A stretch of 64,000 bases of DNA from Alphaproteobacteria bacterium (GTDB lineage: Bacteria > Pseudomonadota > Alphaproteobacteria > GM7ARS4 > G965262615), in NCBI GenBank assembly GCA_965262615.1, contig OZ253545.1, positions 1,376,001-1,440,000 on the forward strand, given 5' to 3'. Shown here piece by piece: positions 29,990 through 41,065 of this stretch. Both the position numbers and the translations under genes were made by a program. Within the stretch, counting starts at the first letter, position 1. Each line of letters opens with the position of its first letter. Under the pieces are notes generated by a model, which was not told where the DNA came from, did not search any database, and worked only from the letters and a program-made list of their open reading frames with translations.

Positions 29990-30685
29990 CTCACACACAA
30001 GCATGATTTCATCCAAGCCCTCAATGGTGGCGACAATGACATCCCCCGCCACCACCGAACTCACCCCCGCAGGCGTTCCCGTAAGAATCATGTCGCCCGC
30101 CCGCAGTGTCTGCAGCTGAGACAAAGCGGCAATGGACTCGCTACTGTTCCACAAACGATTCGCCAGCTCATCTCGCTGACGCACCACGCCATTGACGCGC
30201 AGCTCAATGCCGCCGCGCCATTCTCCCGTGTGGCGCGTGATTATGCCGCACGGCGCGGAATGAGGAAAATGCTTTGCCATGTCCCACGGCAATCCTTTGG
30301 GGCGCGCCGCGTGTTGCAAATCACGGCGCGTCATATCCAACGCCACCCCAAAGCCAAAAATAGATCGCGAGGCTTCCTCAATGCTCCATGCATGACCGTC
30401 ACGCCCAATGATGACCGCCAGTTCCACCTCAGGCTGAACATCATGACTGGCACAAGGCAACGGCAACCCACGATGCACAGACGCGTTCATCACACACCCT
30501 CGCCCCTTGCAGAAAAAAACAGGCGGGGTGACGCGATAATCAATCCCCATCTCACTGGCATGGCGCGCATAGTTCTGACCAATGCCATACACCTGACCAA
30601 TCGCCAACGCATCCTCATGAACCACACCATCCTCATCACGATAGTGCAGACGCGGCGCAGGCGACACAGTCCAACGGATTGTCAT
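29984..30685 (-). CDS. Fumarylacetoacetate hydrolase family protein
   Basis: GQNY..H, EVELAV, LDMTRRDLQ, GDMILTGTPAGV. Confidence 0.92.
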   Translation of the reverse strand: MTIRWTVSPAPRLHYRDEDGVVHEDALAIGQVYGIGQNYARHASEMGIDYRVTPPVFFCKGRGCVMNASVHRGLPLPCASHDVQPEVELAVIIGRDGHAWSIEEASRSIFGFGVALDMTRRDLQHAARPKGLPWDMAKHFPHSAPCGIITRHTGEWRGGIELRVNGVVRQRDELANRLWNSSESIAALSQLQTLRAGDMILTGTPAGVSSVVAGDVIVATIEGLDEIMLVCES

Positions 30686-31305
30686 TTCACCCCGAACGGC
30701 GTGCGGTCGGGCACATGATTTTGGATGGCGAAAAAATCATCATCAAATTCGGACACCGTTTCAATGGATAGCAAATCCACTCGCGTGGTGACATCACGGG
30801 CATCGGTCAGCAGCCAGCGCACGAGACGAAAGGGCGAATCCTTGAACACAAGAGTCAAAGACCCCGTCACCGCTTCATCGCCTGAGCTGATCACCCACAC
30901 CATCGTGTCGCCCTCTTGCACGAACGAGGCAATGACATACTCATCGCGCCATGTGATGACATCATCCAACAGCGAGAGCAACGCAATGGTGCTGGCATCG
31001 GCACTGAAGCGATAGTGCGAATTCGCTTCGGCATCATGAAAAAACGCTTCCTCGCGCTCAATGATGATGATATCGGCAAAAGGTTCATCATAATCGGCGC
31101 GAAACAAACCCGGACGCTTCACATACAGCATGCCGGATTTCTCAAATCCCCACTCATCCCACTGCACAAAGGGCGTTTGAAACTGACGCAATCCATTGAG
31201 GTAGGAAAGCGTTTTTTGCAATGCCTCCTGCGGCACAGTCAACGCCCAACAACTGGGGATGGCGAGAAAAAAGACAAATCCCAACAAAAAAAAGCGAGAC
31301 ATCAT
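30682..31305 (-). CDS. lolA: Outer-membrane lipoprotein carrier LolA family
   Basis: Signal peptide, FVQ...G..YVKRPG.FR..Y; downstream of ftsK. Confidence 0.8.
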   Translation of the reverse strand: MMSRFFLLGFVFFLAIPSCWALTVPQEALQKTLSYLNGLRQFQTPFVQWDEWGFEKSGMLYVKRPGLFRADYDEPFADIIIIEREEAFFHDAEANSHYRFSADASTIALLSLLDDVITWRDEYVIASFVQEGDTMVWVISSGDEAVTGSLTLVFKDSPFRLVRWLLTDARDVTTRVDLLSIETVSEFDDDFFAIQNHVPDRTPFGVK

Positions 31306-31309
31306 GAAT

Positions 31310-33520
31310 TCACTCCGATAACAAAATGTTCCGTCTGCCGGCATGGTCGGCGGAACTGACAATGCCATTGCGTTCCAGCAGCTCCATCAGATTGGCGGCG
31401 CGATTATAGCCGATTTGCAATCGTCTTTGCAAAAGGCTGGTGGATGCTTTGCCCTCTGTGCGAATGACCTCCATTGCCTTGATAAACATTGGGTCGCCGG
31501 CCTGCTCGCCTGATTCTTCCTGCACGGCAATGACCTCATGATGAAACTGCGGCTCGCCATACCGCCGCGTCATCCACGCCATGATGCTGTGAATATCCCG
31601 CTCGGTGACAAACGCGCCGTGAATGTGCTCCACCGCTCGCCCAGTGGATGCCAGCAACATGTCCCCTTGTCCCAGCAATTGTTCTGCGCCCTCCACATTG
31701 AGAATGGTGCGCGAATCAATCTTGCTGGCGGTTTGGAAGGAAATCCGCACCGGCAGGTTGGCTTTGATTTTCCCCGTGATGACATCCACCGATGGACGCT
31801 GAGTCGCCAAAATCATGTGAATTCCCGCCGCTCGCGCTTTTTGCGTCAGACGCTGAATAATCTCCTCCATCTCATGTTTGACCGTCAGCATGAGGTCAGC
31901 CAGTTCATCAATGATGACCACGATATAGGGAAGCGGCTCGGCGGGCTCATGAGGTGGGGTGTTTTTGGCAAGCCACAAATTGTAGCCATCAATGTGACGC
32001 ACGCCCGCTTTGGTGGCAGCCATCATGGCATAGCGACGCTCCATCTCTCGCACCGTCCAATGAAGAACCGCTATGGCGTTTTGATGCTGCGTCACCACAG
32101 GAGTCAGGAGGTGTGGCAGATTTTTGTAGTCGGCAAATTCCAGCGTCTTGGGATCAATCATGACAAAGCGACACCGCTCGGGCGGATGATGCATGATGAG
32201 GGATAAAATCATGCCATTGAGAGCCACCGATTTGCCCGACCCAGTCGTCCCCGCAATGAGCAAATGCGGCATGGATTGCAAATCCACCACATGACCACGC
32301 CCCACAATGTCCATTCCCAACACCAACGGCAGGCGCGCCCTGCCGATGGCGGCAATGGAGCGTTCCATCACATCCCCCATGAAGACGCTTTGACGCTGTT
32401 CATTGGCAACCTCAATGCCAATAACATTCTTGCCTTTGATGGTGGTCACACGCACCGATAATGTGCCCATGGTGCGGGCAATATCATTGGTGAGACTCAC
32501 CACACGGGCCATCTTGATGCCGGCGGCGGGTTCAAATTCAAAGAGGGTGACAACGGGACCTTCTTGCACATTCATCATTTGTCCGCCGATGTTGAACTCA
32601 TGCAACACGGCGGCAAGACGCTCGGCGCGCGCCCGAATGGACGAAGACACCACCACAGGCTCTTGCGACCGCTGCAGCAAATGATAGGGCGGAGAAGATG
32701 CCTGTGGTGGTGGAGGCGGAGACGGTCGCACGGGAGGCGGCGGAGAAGATGTCTCCTGCGTTGGTGGTGGAGGTGGAGGCGTTGGCGGAGACGGTCGCAC
32801 AGGAGGCGGCGGAGGTGATGGCTGTGGCAGCGGTGGTTGTGGATGTGGCTGTGGCTGTGGCTGTGCAAAAGATTGCTGTGGCGATGCATATGACTGCTGC
32901 ATAGGGGGCGACTGTGGCATAGGCTTATGTGTCCTTGATGGAAGCACCCTTATCAAAAGGTTCAGCCACCAATAGAAATCATGGCGAGACACCGTCATGG
33001 CATAACACAACAGCCACAGCGTCAGTGCCGCCACCACTCCCCACAACCACACCAGCGATGTGCTGTCATGAGGCAAAAAAGAGTGCGCCAATATCAACAC
33101 ATGCATCAATAAATCGTTCAATTCATGATACAGCTGCCAGCCGAGCCAGCCGCCGCCATAGGGTGATGCCCACCCAATGTCGGCATCATCGCCCCAATCA
33201 TGATGCCACGCCACCCACACCGCCGCGCTGATGCTGGTCGCCATCATGAGAACACCAACGCGCCGCCCACGATGAATCACCGCACCACCGCGAGCATAAC
33301 GCACGCTCCACACCACAAACGGCAAGGGCAGAAGCCACGCCGCCATGCCCCACAATTGAACCATCACATCCGCCAAGTGAGAGCCCACCATGCCAAGCGG
33401 ATGATGGGTGGTGTCGTAGGTGTTGTTCCAAGAGGCATCGTCCTCGTCAAAATGGGCAATCACGGCGAACAACAACGCCGCCGTTGCGAGCCAAAACAGT
33501 GTGCCAAGAAGACGCTTCAT
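31310..33520 (-). CDS. ftsK: DNA translocase FtsK
   Basis: N-terminal TMs, Pro-rich linker, PHLLIAGTTGSGKS, ATQRPSVDVITG, gamma domain LQRRLQIGYNRAA. Confidence 0.97.
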   Translation of the reverse strand: MKRLLGTLFWLATAALLFAVIAHFDEDDASWNNTYDTTHHPLGMVGSHLADVMVQLWGMAAWLLPLPFVVWSVRYARGGAVIHRGRRVGVLMMATSISAAVWVAWHHDWGDDADIGWASPYGGGWLGWQLYHELNDLLMHVLILAHSFLPHDSTSLVWLWGVVAALTLWLLCYAMTVSRHDFYWWLNLLIRVLPSRTHKPMPQSPPMQQSYASPQQSFAQPQPQPHPQPPLPQPSPPPPPVRPSPPTPPPPPPTQETSSPPPPVRPSPPPPPQASSPPYHLLQRSQEPVVVSSSIRARAERLAAVLHEFNIGGQMMNVQEGPVVTLFEFEPAAGIKMARVVSLTNDIARTMGTLSVRVTTIKGKNVIGIEVANEQRQSVFMGDVMERSIAAIGRARLPLVLGMDIVGRGHVVDLQSMPHLLIAGTTGSGKSVALNGMILSLIMHHPPERCRFVMIDPKTLEFADYKNLPHLLTPVVTQHQNAIAVLHWTVREMERRYAMMAATKAGVRHIDGYNLWLAKNTPPHEPAEPLPYIVVIIDELADLMLTVKHEMEEIIQRLTQKARAAGIHMILATQRPSVDVITGKIKANLPVRISFQTASKIDSRTILNVEGAEQLLGQGDMLLASTGRAVEHIHGAFVTERDIHSIMAWMTRRYGEPQFHHEVIAVQEESGEQAGDPMFIKAMEVIRTEGKASTSLLQRRLQIGYNRAANLMELLERNGIVSSADHAGRRNILLSE

Positions 33521-33521
33521 G

Positions 33522-34715
33522 TCAGAAGTGTCCTGTCATGGCAAAACGCATGATGCGTCTTTTGAGAAACGGGCAGTGATTGACCATCTCAAGCCCCACG
33601 CTCAGCAAGGGACGCGCCGAGAGCATTCCATCTCGCACAAACCATTGATGCAAGCCATCGGTGGCTGCGCTCACATAAAAGCGGTCTGAACGGCGCGCCG
33701 CTTCATACTGACGAAGCGACACGCCATCGCCAATGTCCAATCCCAAAGACCGCCGATGCGCCACATGGTCCATGAGGGCACGGGCATCACGCCACCCCAG
33801 ATTCAGCCCCTGCCCGGCGATGGGATGCAAAGACTGTGCCGCGTCTCCAACCAAACACCATCGCTGTCCCACAATGCGATGGGCTTTGGTCAAGGACAAC
33901 GGAATCCATCCGCCCATCTGTTCAAGTCTCATCGCCCCCATGATGCCCGCCGCCTCCTCATTAAGAGCATGAACAAAATGCTCGTGTGACCGCAACGATG
34001 CCGCGATGTCTTTTTTCATGCTCCACACCACACAAGAGCGATGAAGCGAGCCTTCGTCCAACAAAGGGAGCAATGCCAGTATATGATCGCGCCCCAACAG
34101 CTCCCACGCCGCACCATGATGAGGACGCTCATGACTCACAATCGCCGTCAATGCCGCCTGCTGGTAATCGCGCCGCAAAGACTGCCCCCCCGTCACTCGG
34201 CGCAAAAAACTATGCCGCCCGTCCGCCCCCACCAACAAGGATGAAGTCAGGTGCGAGCCGTCCGCTAAGATGAGTGTGCCAAACGCCTTCTGCAACGCCA
34301 CCTGTTTGACTTCTCCCGTGATGAGCTCAACCCCGCGTTTTTGTGCTGCGTGCAAAAGAGCGGTCATCATGTGGTCATAAAAAAGCACATAGCCAAAAGC
34401 ATTCGCGCTCACCTCATGGCTTTTGAACTCCAATTGAGGACGCAGCCGCCGCCCATCACACACCGCAATGGTGACCATGGGTGATGCGTTCACCGCCATC
34501 TCGTTCCACACATTGAGTTTTTGCAAAAAGTTCATACTGCCCGCCGCCACCGCAATGGTGCGCGCCGCAGACTCACGATGATAGCGAGAATCAACCACCG
34601 CCACCGACACATTCACAGAACGCAAAGCCAGTGCCAAACTCAAGCCCACCGCACCACCGCCCACAATCAACACATCGTGAGAAGCAGAATTCTTGGCTAT
34701 ACAATTGGTGTTCAT
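33522..34715 (-). CDS. UbiH/UbiL-family FAD-dependent ubiquinone hydroxylase
   Basis: IVGGGAVG, GADG, GDAA..LHPIAGQGLNLG. Confidence 0.9.
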   Translation of the reverse strand: MNTNCIAKNSASHDVLIVGGGAVGLSLALALRSVNVSVAVVDSRYHRESAARTIAVAAGSMNFLQKLNVWNEMAVNASPMVTIAVCDGRRLRPQLEFKSHEVSANAFGYVLFYDHMMTALLHAAQKRGVELITGEVKQVALQKAFGTLILADGSHLTSSLLVGADGRHSFLRRVTGGQSLRRDYQQAALTAIVSHERPHHGAAWELLGRDHILALLPLLDEGSLHRSCVVWSMKKDIAASLRSHEHFVHALNEEAAGIMGAMRLEQMGGWIPLSLTKAHRIVGQRWCLVGDAAQSLHPIAGQGLNLGWRDARALMDHVAHRRSLGLDIGDGVSLRQYEAARRSDRFYVSAATDGLHQWFVRDGMLSARPLLSVGLEMVNHCPFLKRRIMRFAMTGHF

Positions 34716-34718
34716 GGG

Positions 34719-34887
34719 TCAATGCTCATTATCACAATCTCTTGATGAATACTTATTATCACAATCTCTCAATGCTTATTATCACAATCTCTCAATGCTT
34801 ATTATCACAATCTCTTGATGAACGCTTATTATCACAATCTCTCAATGCTTATTATCACAATCTCTCAATGCTTATTATCACAATCTC
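34719..34887. repeat. Seven-copy tandem repeat, core TTATCACAATCTC, spacing 27/23/23/27/23/23
   Basis: Cores start at 34729, 34756, 34779, 34802, 34829, 34852, 34875. Confidence 0.95.
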
Positions 34888-34916
34888 TTGTCTTTGCCAA
34901 TCTTTGCCCCTATAAT
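34888..34916 (+). promoter_or_regulatory. Sigma70 promoter for the cytochrome c gene
   Basis: TTGTCT-17-TATAAT followed by AGGAGG RBS. Confidence 0.7.
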
Positions 34917-34956
34917 GAGACTTGCAAAACTCAAACGCTACAGGAGGGCTTTGGTT

Positions 34957-35346
34957 ATGAGACAGATTAATGCAATCGCACTGCGATTGACACTGGCATT
35001 TATGGTTTTCATGGTCACGGCGGGTGCGTCTTACGCCGAGGGTGATGTGAAAAAGGGCGAAAAAGTATTCAAAAAATGTGTCGCCTGTCACACGGTCGCC
35101 AAAGACGGAAAAAACAAGGTGGGGCCCAACTTGTGGAACATTGTCGGTGCAAAATCAGCGCAAAAGGAGGGATTCAAATACTCCGATGCCCTCAAAAATG
35201 CCGACATCGTCTGGAGTGAAGAAAATCTTGACCAGTGGCTCACCAAGCCCAAGAAGTTCCTCAAGGGCACAAAGATGGTGTTTGTGGGACTCAAAAAAGA
35301 GAAGGATCGCGTCAACATCATCAGCTATTTGCAAACGCTCAAATAA
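34957..35346 (+). CDS. Class I cytochrome c (c2/c550-like)
   Basis: Signal peptide, CVACH haem motif, GPNL, GTKM. Confidence 0.95.
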   Translation: MRQINAIALRLTLAFMVFMVTAGASYAEGDVKKGEKVFKKCVACHTVAKDGKNKVGPNLWNIVGAKSAQKEGFKYSDALKNADIVWSEENLDQWLTKPKKFLKGTKMVFVGLKKEKDRVNIISYLQTLK

Positions 35347-35356
35347 CCGCGCCTCA

Positions 35357-36757
35357 TCAATCGCCCGTGACGATGCGCTCCATCAACTGCTTGACGGTGG
35401 GGACAAATCCGTTGCTGTAGAAGGGGTCTTGAGCAAAACGAAACGCGTTGTGTCCTGCGAACACCAGTTCGTTCTCAAGATTGTCGGGGTCATGAGCAGC
35501 CCGTTGCAGAGTTTTTTGAATACAAAAAGAGCGCGGATCGGGACGATGCCCGGTGTTGCCCTCTGAGCCTTGTGCCCAATTGCTAAAGCGACACGCCGAC
35601 AAGCACCCCATGCACTCCACTTGATCCCGATGAATGGTGGCGGCTTTTTTCTCATCAACAAAAACCAGCGTGCCATCGGGTGTGCGCAGAGCCTCGCTCC
35701 ATCCCTGTGCCATCCATGAGGTGATGAGGGCTTGGTCTTTCTCACGCACATAAACAGGACGCTTGCGAGGACCCACGCCATAGCGATGAACAAAATCCTC
35801 TTCCGAATGAGTGCGATACGGAACCTGCCGTGCCGCAATGGCTTCCAGTTCCTTGATGAAATCATTACGCAAAGCCGATGAATAAAATCCAGTGGGACTA
35901 AAACGCTGCAGCAAAACATCACCTTTTTTGAGGGTCAGCAGACGCTTTTTCCAAACATCGGGAATGGGGCTTTCTTGCGTCAGCAGAGGGCGGGTGCCAA
36001 ATTGAAAGGCGATGGGAGCGATTTCAGGGTCATCAATCCAGTCCTCCCACTCTCGCAGACACCACACGCCCCCCGCCATAATAATGGGCACGCGCTGCAA
36101 TCCAAACTGATTCATCATGGCGCGCAAAGCGCGCACACGAGGACGCGGATTCTCAGGCTGATGAGGATGCTCACTATTGGACAATCCATTATGTCCGCCC
36201 GCCCGCCATGGATCCTCATACACCACCGCCCCCAGACGCTCCACGAATTTATGATAGGCGCGCTTCCACAAAGCGCGAAAGGCACGAGCCGAAGACACAA
36301 TGGGATAATAATCAACATTGAAGCTGGCACAAATTTGCGCGAGCCGATAAGGCATTCCCGCACCACAGGTCACGCCATGAATCAATCCTTTGGCTTTTTC
36401 CAGCATTCTTTTGAGAACGGTCTCCGCGCCTCCCATCTCCCAGAGAATGTTGGCATGAATTCGTCCTCTGCCACTGGCGGTCTCATGGGCGACTTTGGCT
36501 TGATAGAGCGCGCCTCTGACGGCGAAATCAATGAGTTCTCCATGCCGCTCGCGCCGCGTCCTGCCCTTATAAATCTGCGGAATGAGATTGCCCTGAGCGT
36601 CATAACAATCGGCATTGACGGCGGAAAAAGTTCCAACGCCGCCCGCGCCCGCCCACGCGCCGGCCGAGCCGCCATCGGTGATAGAGATGCCCTTGCCCCC
36701 CTCAATCAAAGGCAAAACCTCTGCACCTGATAAATGAAGCCCCTCCAACGCTCGCAT
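35357..36757 (-). CDS. Nitronate monooxygenase-family flavin oxidoreductase
   Basis: PLIEGGKG, GAGMPY, AGGHNG, FQFGTR. Confidence 0.85.
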   Translation of the reverse strand: MRALEGLHLSGAEVLPLIEGGKGISITDGGSAGAWAGAGGVGTFSAVNADCYDAQGNLIPQIYKGRTRRERHGELIDFAVRGALYQAKVAHETASGRGRIHANILWEMGGAETVLKRMLEKAKGLIHGVTCGAGMPYRLAQICASFNVDYYPIVSSARAFRALWKRAYHKFVERLGAVVYEDPWRAGGHNGLSNSEHPHQPENPRPRVRALRAMMNQFGLQRVPIIMAGGVWCLREWEDWIDDPEIAPIAFQFGTRPLLTQESPIPDVWKKRLLTLKKGDVLLQRFSPTGFYSSALRNDFIKELEAIAARQVPYRTHSEEDFVHRYGVGPRKRPVYVREKDQALITSWMAQGWSEALRTPDGTLVFVDEKKAATIHRDQVECMGCLSACRFSNWAQGSEGNTGHRPDPRSFCIQKTLQRAAHDPDNLENELVFAGHNAFRFAQDPFYSNGFVPTVKQLMERIVTGD

Positions 36758-36759
36758 GA

Positions 36760-38931
36760 TTAAAAGAATCCTCGTTTTCTGCGCGGCGGCGGACCACCTC
36801 GCCCCCCACCGCCTCGTGACGATGGCGGCGGCAGTTCTCCTTCCAAGCGGCGCATGGTGAGACGCACCCGCCCTCTGTCATCAATCTCCAACACCCGCAC
36901 GGTGACCTTATCTCCCTCATTGACCACATCGGTGGTGCGCTCCACCCGTCCGTGAGCCAATTCACTGATGTGCACCAAGCCATCTTTGCCGCCAAGAAAA
37001 TTGACAAACGCGCCAAAATCCACGCAGCGCACCACCGTGCCCTGATAAATCTTGCCCACCTCGGGCACAGCCGTGATGTTCGCCACCATCTCTTTGGCTT
37101 TCGCAATGGCTTGCGAATCAGTGGCGGCAATACGCACCGTGCCATCATCTTCCACCTCAACCTTAGCACCAGAGACCTCGCAAATCTCGCGAATCACCTT
37201 GCCCCCCACACCAATCACCTCACGAATTTTCTCTTTGGCAATGCTCATAGTCTCAATACGAGGCGCAGACGCACTCAGAGACTCCCTTGCCGCAGGCAGA
37301 GCCTTCATCATTTGCGCCAAAATATGCAACCGCCCCTCGCGAGCCTGACGCAACGCCACTTCCATAATCTCACGAGTGATGCTGGTAATCTTAATGTCCA
37401 TTTGCAACGCCGTGACTCCGTGCTCACTGCCCGCCACCTTGAAATCCATGTCGCCCAGATGATCCTCATCGCCCAAAATGTCCGACAAGACCACAAAGTC
37501 TTGATTCCGCTTGATGAGACCCATCGCAATGCCCGCCACAGGACGCTTGAGAGGAATCCCTCCGTCCATCAATGCCAAGGTGCTGCCACACACCGTCGCC
37601 ATAGAACTGGAACCATTGGATTCCAGTATTTCCGACACCAAACGCAAACTGTAAGGAAATTGATCGCGCGCAGGCAAAACACTGCGTATGGCACGCCATG
37701 CCAGCTTGCCGTGTCCCACCTCGCGGCGAGAGACACCTCCCACCCGTTTGACCTCATTGGTGGAAAAGGGAGGAAAATTATAGTGCAACATAAATGGCTC
37801 ACGATATTCACCCGCCAAATCATCAATAATCTGCTCACTTTGACCGGTGCCCAGCGTGGCAATCACAAGAGCTTGCGTCTCACCTCTGGTAAACAGCGCA
37901 CTGCCGTGCGACAGAGGCAACACACCCACCTCACACGCAATGGCACGAATATCACTGAGTCCTCTGCCATCAATGCGCCTTTTGGTTTGCAAAACGGCAT
38001 TGCGCACAACGCCTTTTTCCACATCATGAAACAACGAAGATGCCGCCGCTTTCTTCTCCGATGATGCTCCGTCTGTCAGAGCCCCACTCACAATCTCATC
38101 ACGCAGACGGTTCAAGGCATCCACCCGTGTTTTTTTGTCTGCCAGCTGATACACCTTGCCCAATTTTTCCTCAGAGGCATCGGTGATGCGCTGACGCAAC
38201 TCACCATGCCATGACGGATGCGCCGCCATCTTGCGTTTGGGTTTGCCACAAACTTCTGCCAATTCATTGATCAATTGAATCACAGGTGCACAGTGATTCT
38301 GACCAAACATCACCGCATCCAACATGGCGGATTCGTCCAATTCATCGGCTTCTGATTCCACCATCAGCACGCCCTCGCTGGTGCATGCCATGACAAGATC
38401 CAGCTGCGACTCTTTGACCTGTTGCAGCGTGGGATTAAGCACCAACTTATGATTGATGTATCCCACCCGAGCCGCACCAATGGGGCCCAAAAAAGGCAAG
38501 TCAGAGACAGTCAGCGCAGCCGATGCGCCAATCATCGCCGCCACATCGGCATCATGATGGGAATCATGCGCCAAAACCGTGCACAAGACTTGAGTCTCAC
38601 AACGATACAACGAATCAAACAACGGACGAATGGGACGATCCACCAAGCGAGAGACAAGAATTTCTTTCTCCGTGGGTCTGCCCTCTCTTTTGAAAAATCC
38701 CCCCGGTATTTTTCCCGCCGCATAGCTGCGCTCCATATAATGGACTGTGAGAGGAAAATAATCCAACTCGGTGTTGATTTTGCGCTCGCCAACAGCGGTC
38801 GCGAGAACCTTGGTCTCGCCCATCGTGACCAACACCGCACCATCCGCCTGACGAGCCATGAGACCGCTCTCCAGCGTCAGAGGCACACCTTGCCAATCAA
38901 TCGTTTTTTTCACATGCTCAAACATTCTCAA
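36760..38931 (-). CDS. pnp: Polynucleotide phosphorylase
   Basis: GKIPGGFFKREG, ESNGSSSMA, DHLGDMDFKVAG, KH and S1 domains. Confidence 0.98.
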   Translation of the reverse strand: MRMFEHVKKTIDWQGVPLTLESGLMARQADGAVLVTMGETKVLATAVGERKINTELDYFPLTVHYMERSYAAGKIPGGFFKREGRPTEKEILVSRLVDRPIRPLFDSLYRCETQVLCTVLAHDSHHDADVAAMIGASAALTVSDLPFLGPIGAARVGYINHKLVLNPTLQQVKESQLDLVMACTSEGVLMVESEADELDESAMLDAVMFGQNHCAPVIQLINELAEVCGKPKRKMAAHPSWHGELRQRITDASEEKLGKVYQLADKKTRVDALNRLRDEIVSGALTDGASSEKKAAASSLFHDVEKGVVRNAVLQTKRRIDGRGLSDIRAIACEVGVLPLSHGSALFTRGETQALVIATLGTGQSEQIIDDLAGEYREPFMLHYNFPPFSTNEVKRVGGVSRREVGHGKLAWRAIRSVLPARDQFPYSLRLVSEILESNGSSSMATVCGSTLALMDGGIPLKRPVAGIAMGLIKRNQDFVVLSDILGDEDHLGDMDFKVAGSEHGVTALQMDIKITSITREIMEVALRQAREGRLHILAQMMKALPAARESLSASAPRIETMSIAKEKIREVIGVGGKVIREICEVSGAKVEVEDDGTVRIAATDSQAIAKAKEMVANITAVPEVGKIYQGTVVRCVDFGAFVNFLGGKDGLVHISELAHGRVERTTDVVNEGDKVTVRVLEIDDRGRVRLTMRRLEGELPPPSSRGGGGRGGPPPRRKRGFF

Positions 38932-38939
38932 TTCCCTTC

Positions 38940-39194
38940 CTATCGTCTGATTCCGAGAGAACCGATGAGTGCTTCATATCTCTCCTGACTGCGTTTTTTC
39001 AGATACGCCAACAAGCGGCGCCGTCTTCCCACCATCGCCATGAGTCCATTGCGACTGTGAAAGTCCTTCTTGTGAATCTTCAAATGATTCGTCAGCTCCG
39101 CAATACGAGTCGTGAGCAAAGCCACCTGAACTTCCACCGAACCGGTGTCGTTCTTACCGATTCCGTATTTTTTGATGAGTGCTTTCTTATCCAT
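38940..39194 (-). CDS. rpsO: 30S ribosomal protein S15
   Basis: [26 protein letters not shown]. Confidence 0.97.
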   Translation of the reverse strand: MDKKALIKKYGIGKNDTGSVEVQVALLTTRIAELTNHLKIHKKDFHSRNGLMAMVGRRRRLLAYLKKRSQERYEALIGSLGIRR

Positions 39195-39202
39195 AATCCT
39201 TC

Positions 39203-40159
39203 TTATCTCACATCTTTGTCAAAGACACAAACAGTTTTCAGCACATTTTCCTTCCGCCAGCGAAGCAGTGCGATGACGGTGTCTTCATGCTGTGCCACCA
39301 CCATAGAATGTCGTCCATCCGCCGCATCATCCGATTGAGGCACAACACCCAATGAGCGCAACCGCTTTGAGCATCTCAATGACAAAGGCAGACCCTGTTT
39401 GAGCACATCCGCCTCATGAGGTGTTATATCATAACGAGGCGCATCCGCAAGAGCTATGTGTGATGGTAACAATCGTGCCGCAATATTTTCAGGAGAAAGA
39501 GATTCCAGCTGATGCAAATGCCATGCGTGAGTGTCATCAAAGCATCCCACGCGAGTCCGCCGCAATGATGTCACATGACCATAACATCCCAATGCCTCTC
39601 CCAAATCACGCGCCAGTGAGCGAATGTATGTTCCCTGCCCGCAATGACACCGCAGCACCGTCTCATCCGGTGACGGCGATGACACATACTCCAATGAATC
39701 AATGCACACCCGCCGCGGCGACAAAGCAACCGCTTGCTGACGGCGCGCCAGCTCATAGGAGCGTTTGCCATTCACATGAATAGCCGAATAGCGCGGCGGC
39801 ACCTGCCATACCTCGCCACACCAAGCGGACAACTGCTCCTTGATATCCGTCACCGAAGGACGACTGGAAGAGCGTTTAATGACACGCCCATCACTGTCAT
39901 CGGTGTCGGTGGCAATTCCCCAGCGCACCGTAAAAAGATACTGCTTTTTCATTGCCACCACATACGGCATGGTGCGTGTCGCCATCCCCACCGCGATGGG
40001 CAGAATGCCAGTCGCCAACGGGTCTAATGTTCCCGCATGACCTGCCTTGCCTCGTGCCAACAAACGCCGCACCGCGCTCGTCACTTTCATGGAGGTCATG
40101 GCGCGGCTTTTATCAATGACCAACCAGCCATGCCACTTTTGATGTCTCTTGATTGCCAT
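39203..40159 (-). CDS. truB: tRNA pseudouridine-55 synthase
   Basis: [32 protein letters not shown]. Confidence 0.96.
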   Translation of the reverse strand: MAIKRHQKWHGWLVIDKSRAMTSMKVTSAVRRLLARGKAGHAGTLDPLATGILPIAVGMATRTMPYVVAMKKQYLFTVRWGIATDTDDSDGRVIKRSSSRPSVTDIKEQLSAWCGEVWQVPPRYSAIHVNGKRSYELARRQQAVALSPRRVCIDSLEYVSSPSPDETVLRCHCGQGTYIRSLARDLGEALGCYGHVTSLRRTRVGCFDDTHAWHLHQLESLSPENIAARLLPSHIALADAPRYDITPHEADVLKQGLPLSLRCSKRLRSLGVVPQSDDAADGRHSMVVAQHEDTVIALLRWRKENVLKTVCVFDKDVR

Positions 40160-40198
40160 CGCCTCATTGTAACGCAAAAAAGACGGCGGGGTCTATCG

Positions 40199-41065
40199 TC
40201 ATCCCAGCATGGGCGACTCTTTTATCGTGTGTTGCTTTTCTTTTTGCTGATGGCGAATGGTGCGGCGCAATTTGGTAAAGGCGCGTGTCTCAATCTGCCG
40301 CACCCGCTCGCGTGAAATGCCATAGTGATGCCCCAGCGATTCCAATGTGGCGGGCGGCTCACAAAACCATCGCTGCTGCACAATTTCTCGCTCGCGCTCA
40401 TTGAGAGTGGCAAACCCTTTTCGCAAATAGGAGGAGCGGCGATTCATCTCATCCCAATCGGCATAGTCATCCTCCATGACATCCTCCGCCATCAACGAAT
40501 GACCCACCGATCGTCCACCAACGGGCGGCGGGGCATCCAACGACACATCCGATGAACTCATGCGTTCATTCATCTGATGCACCGCCTCAATGGGAACATC
40601 CACCTCATGAGCAATGCGCATGGCATCCTCATCACTCAAAAAATTGCGATGATGAAGACCCAGCCGTGCCTTGATGGAACGCAAATTAAAAAATAACTTC
40701 TTTTGCGATGAAGTCGTGCCAACCTTCACCAATGACCATGAGCGCAAAATGTATTCCTTGATGGCCGCTCCAATCCACCACATGGCATAAGTGGAAAAGC
40801 GATAGCCCAATTCGGGATCAAAATTCTGTGTCGCCTGCAAAACGCCAATATTGCCGTGAGCGATGAGATCCTCCAATGGCAAGCCATAATTGCGATGATT
40901 GCAGGCAATCTTCACCACCAAGCGCAAGTGACACTCCACCAATCGGTTCACGGCGGCGCGATCGCCATCCTTGACCCAACGCCGTGCCAGATCTTGTTCT
41001 TCTGCGCGAGACAAAATGGGAAAATGGCGAATGCGCTTGAGGTAAAATGTCAGACTATCATCCAT
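40199..41065 (-). CDS. rpoH: Sigma-32 family RNA polymerase sigma factor
   Basis: HLRLVVKIA, RFSTYAMWWI, RpoH box QKKLFFNLR, SRERVRQIE; follows rluD as in many alphaproteobacteria. Confidence 0.9.
   Translation of the reverse strand: MDDSLTFYLKRIRHFPILSRAEEQDLARRWVKDGDRAAVNRLVECHLRLVVKIACNHRNYGLPLEDLIAHGNIGVLQATQNFDPELGYRFSTYAMWWIGAAIKEYILRSWSLVKVGTTSSQKKLFFNLRSIKARLGLHHRNFLSDEDAMRIAHEVDVPIEAVHQMNERMSSSDVSLDAPPPVGGRSVGHSLMAEDVMEDDYADWDEMNRRSSYLRKGFATLNEREREIVQQRWFCEPPATLESLGHHYGISRERVRQIETRAFTKLRRTIRHQQKEKQHTIKESPMLG

Noticed and set aside
32690-32930. Pro/Gln-rich repeats in ftsK
   Set aside because: Ordinary low-complexity FtsK linker.
34719-34887. CRISPR array or DnaA-box origin
   Set aside because: No unique spacers and no cas genes; TTATCACAA does not match TTATCCACA.
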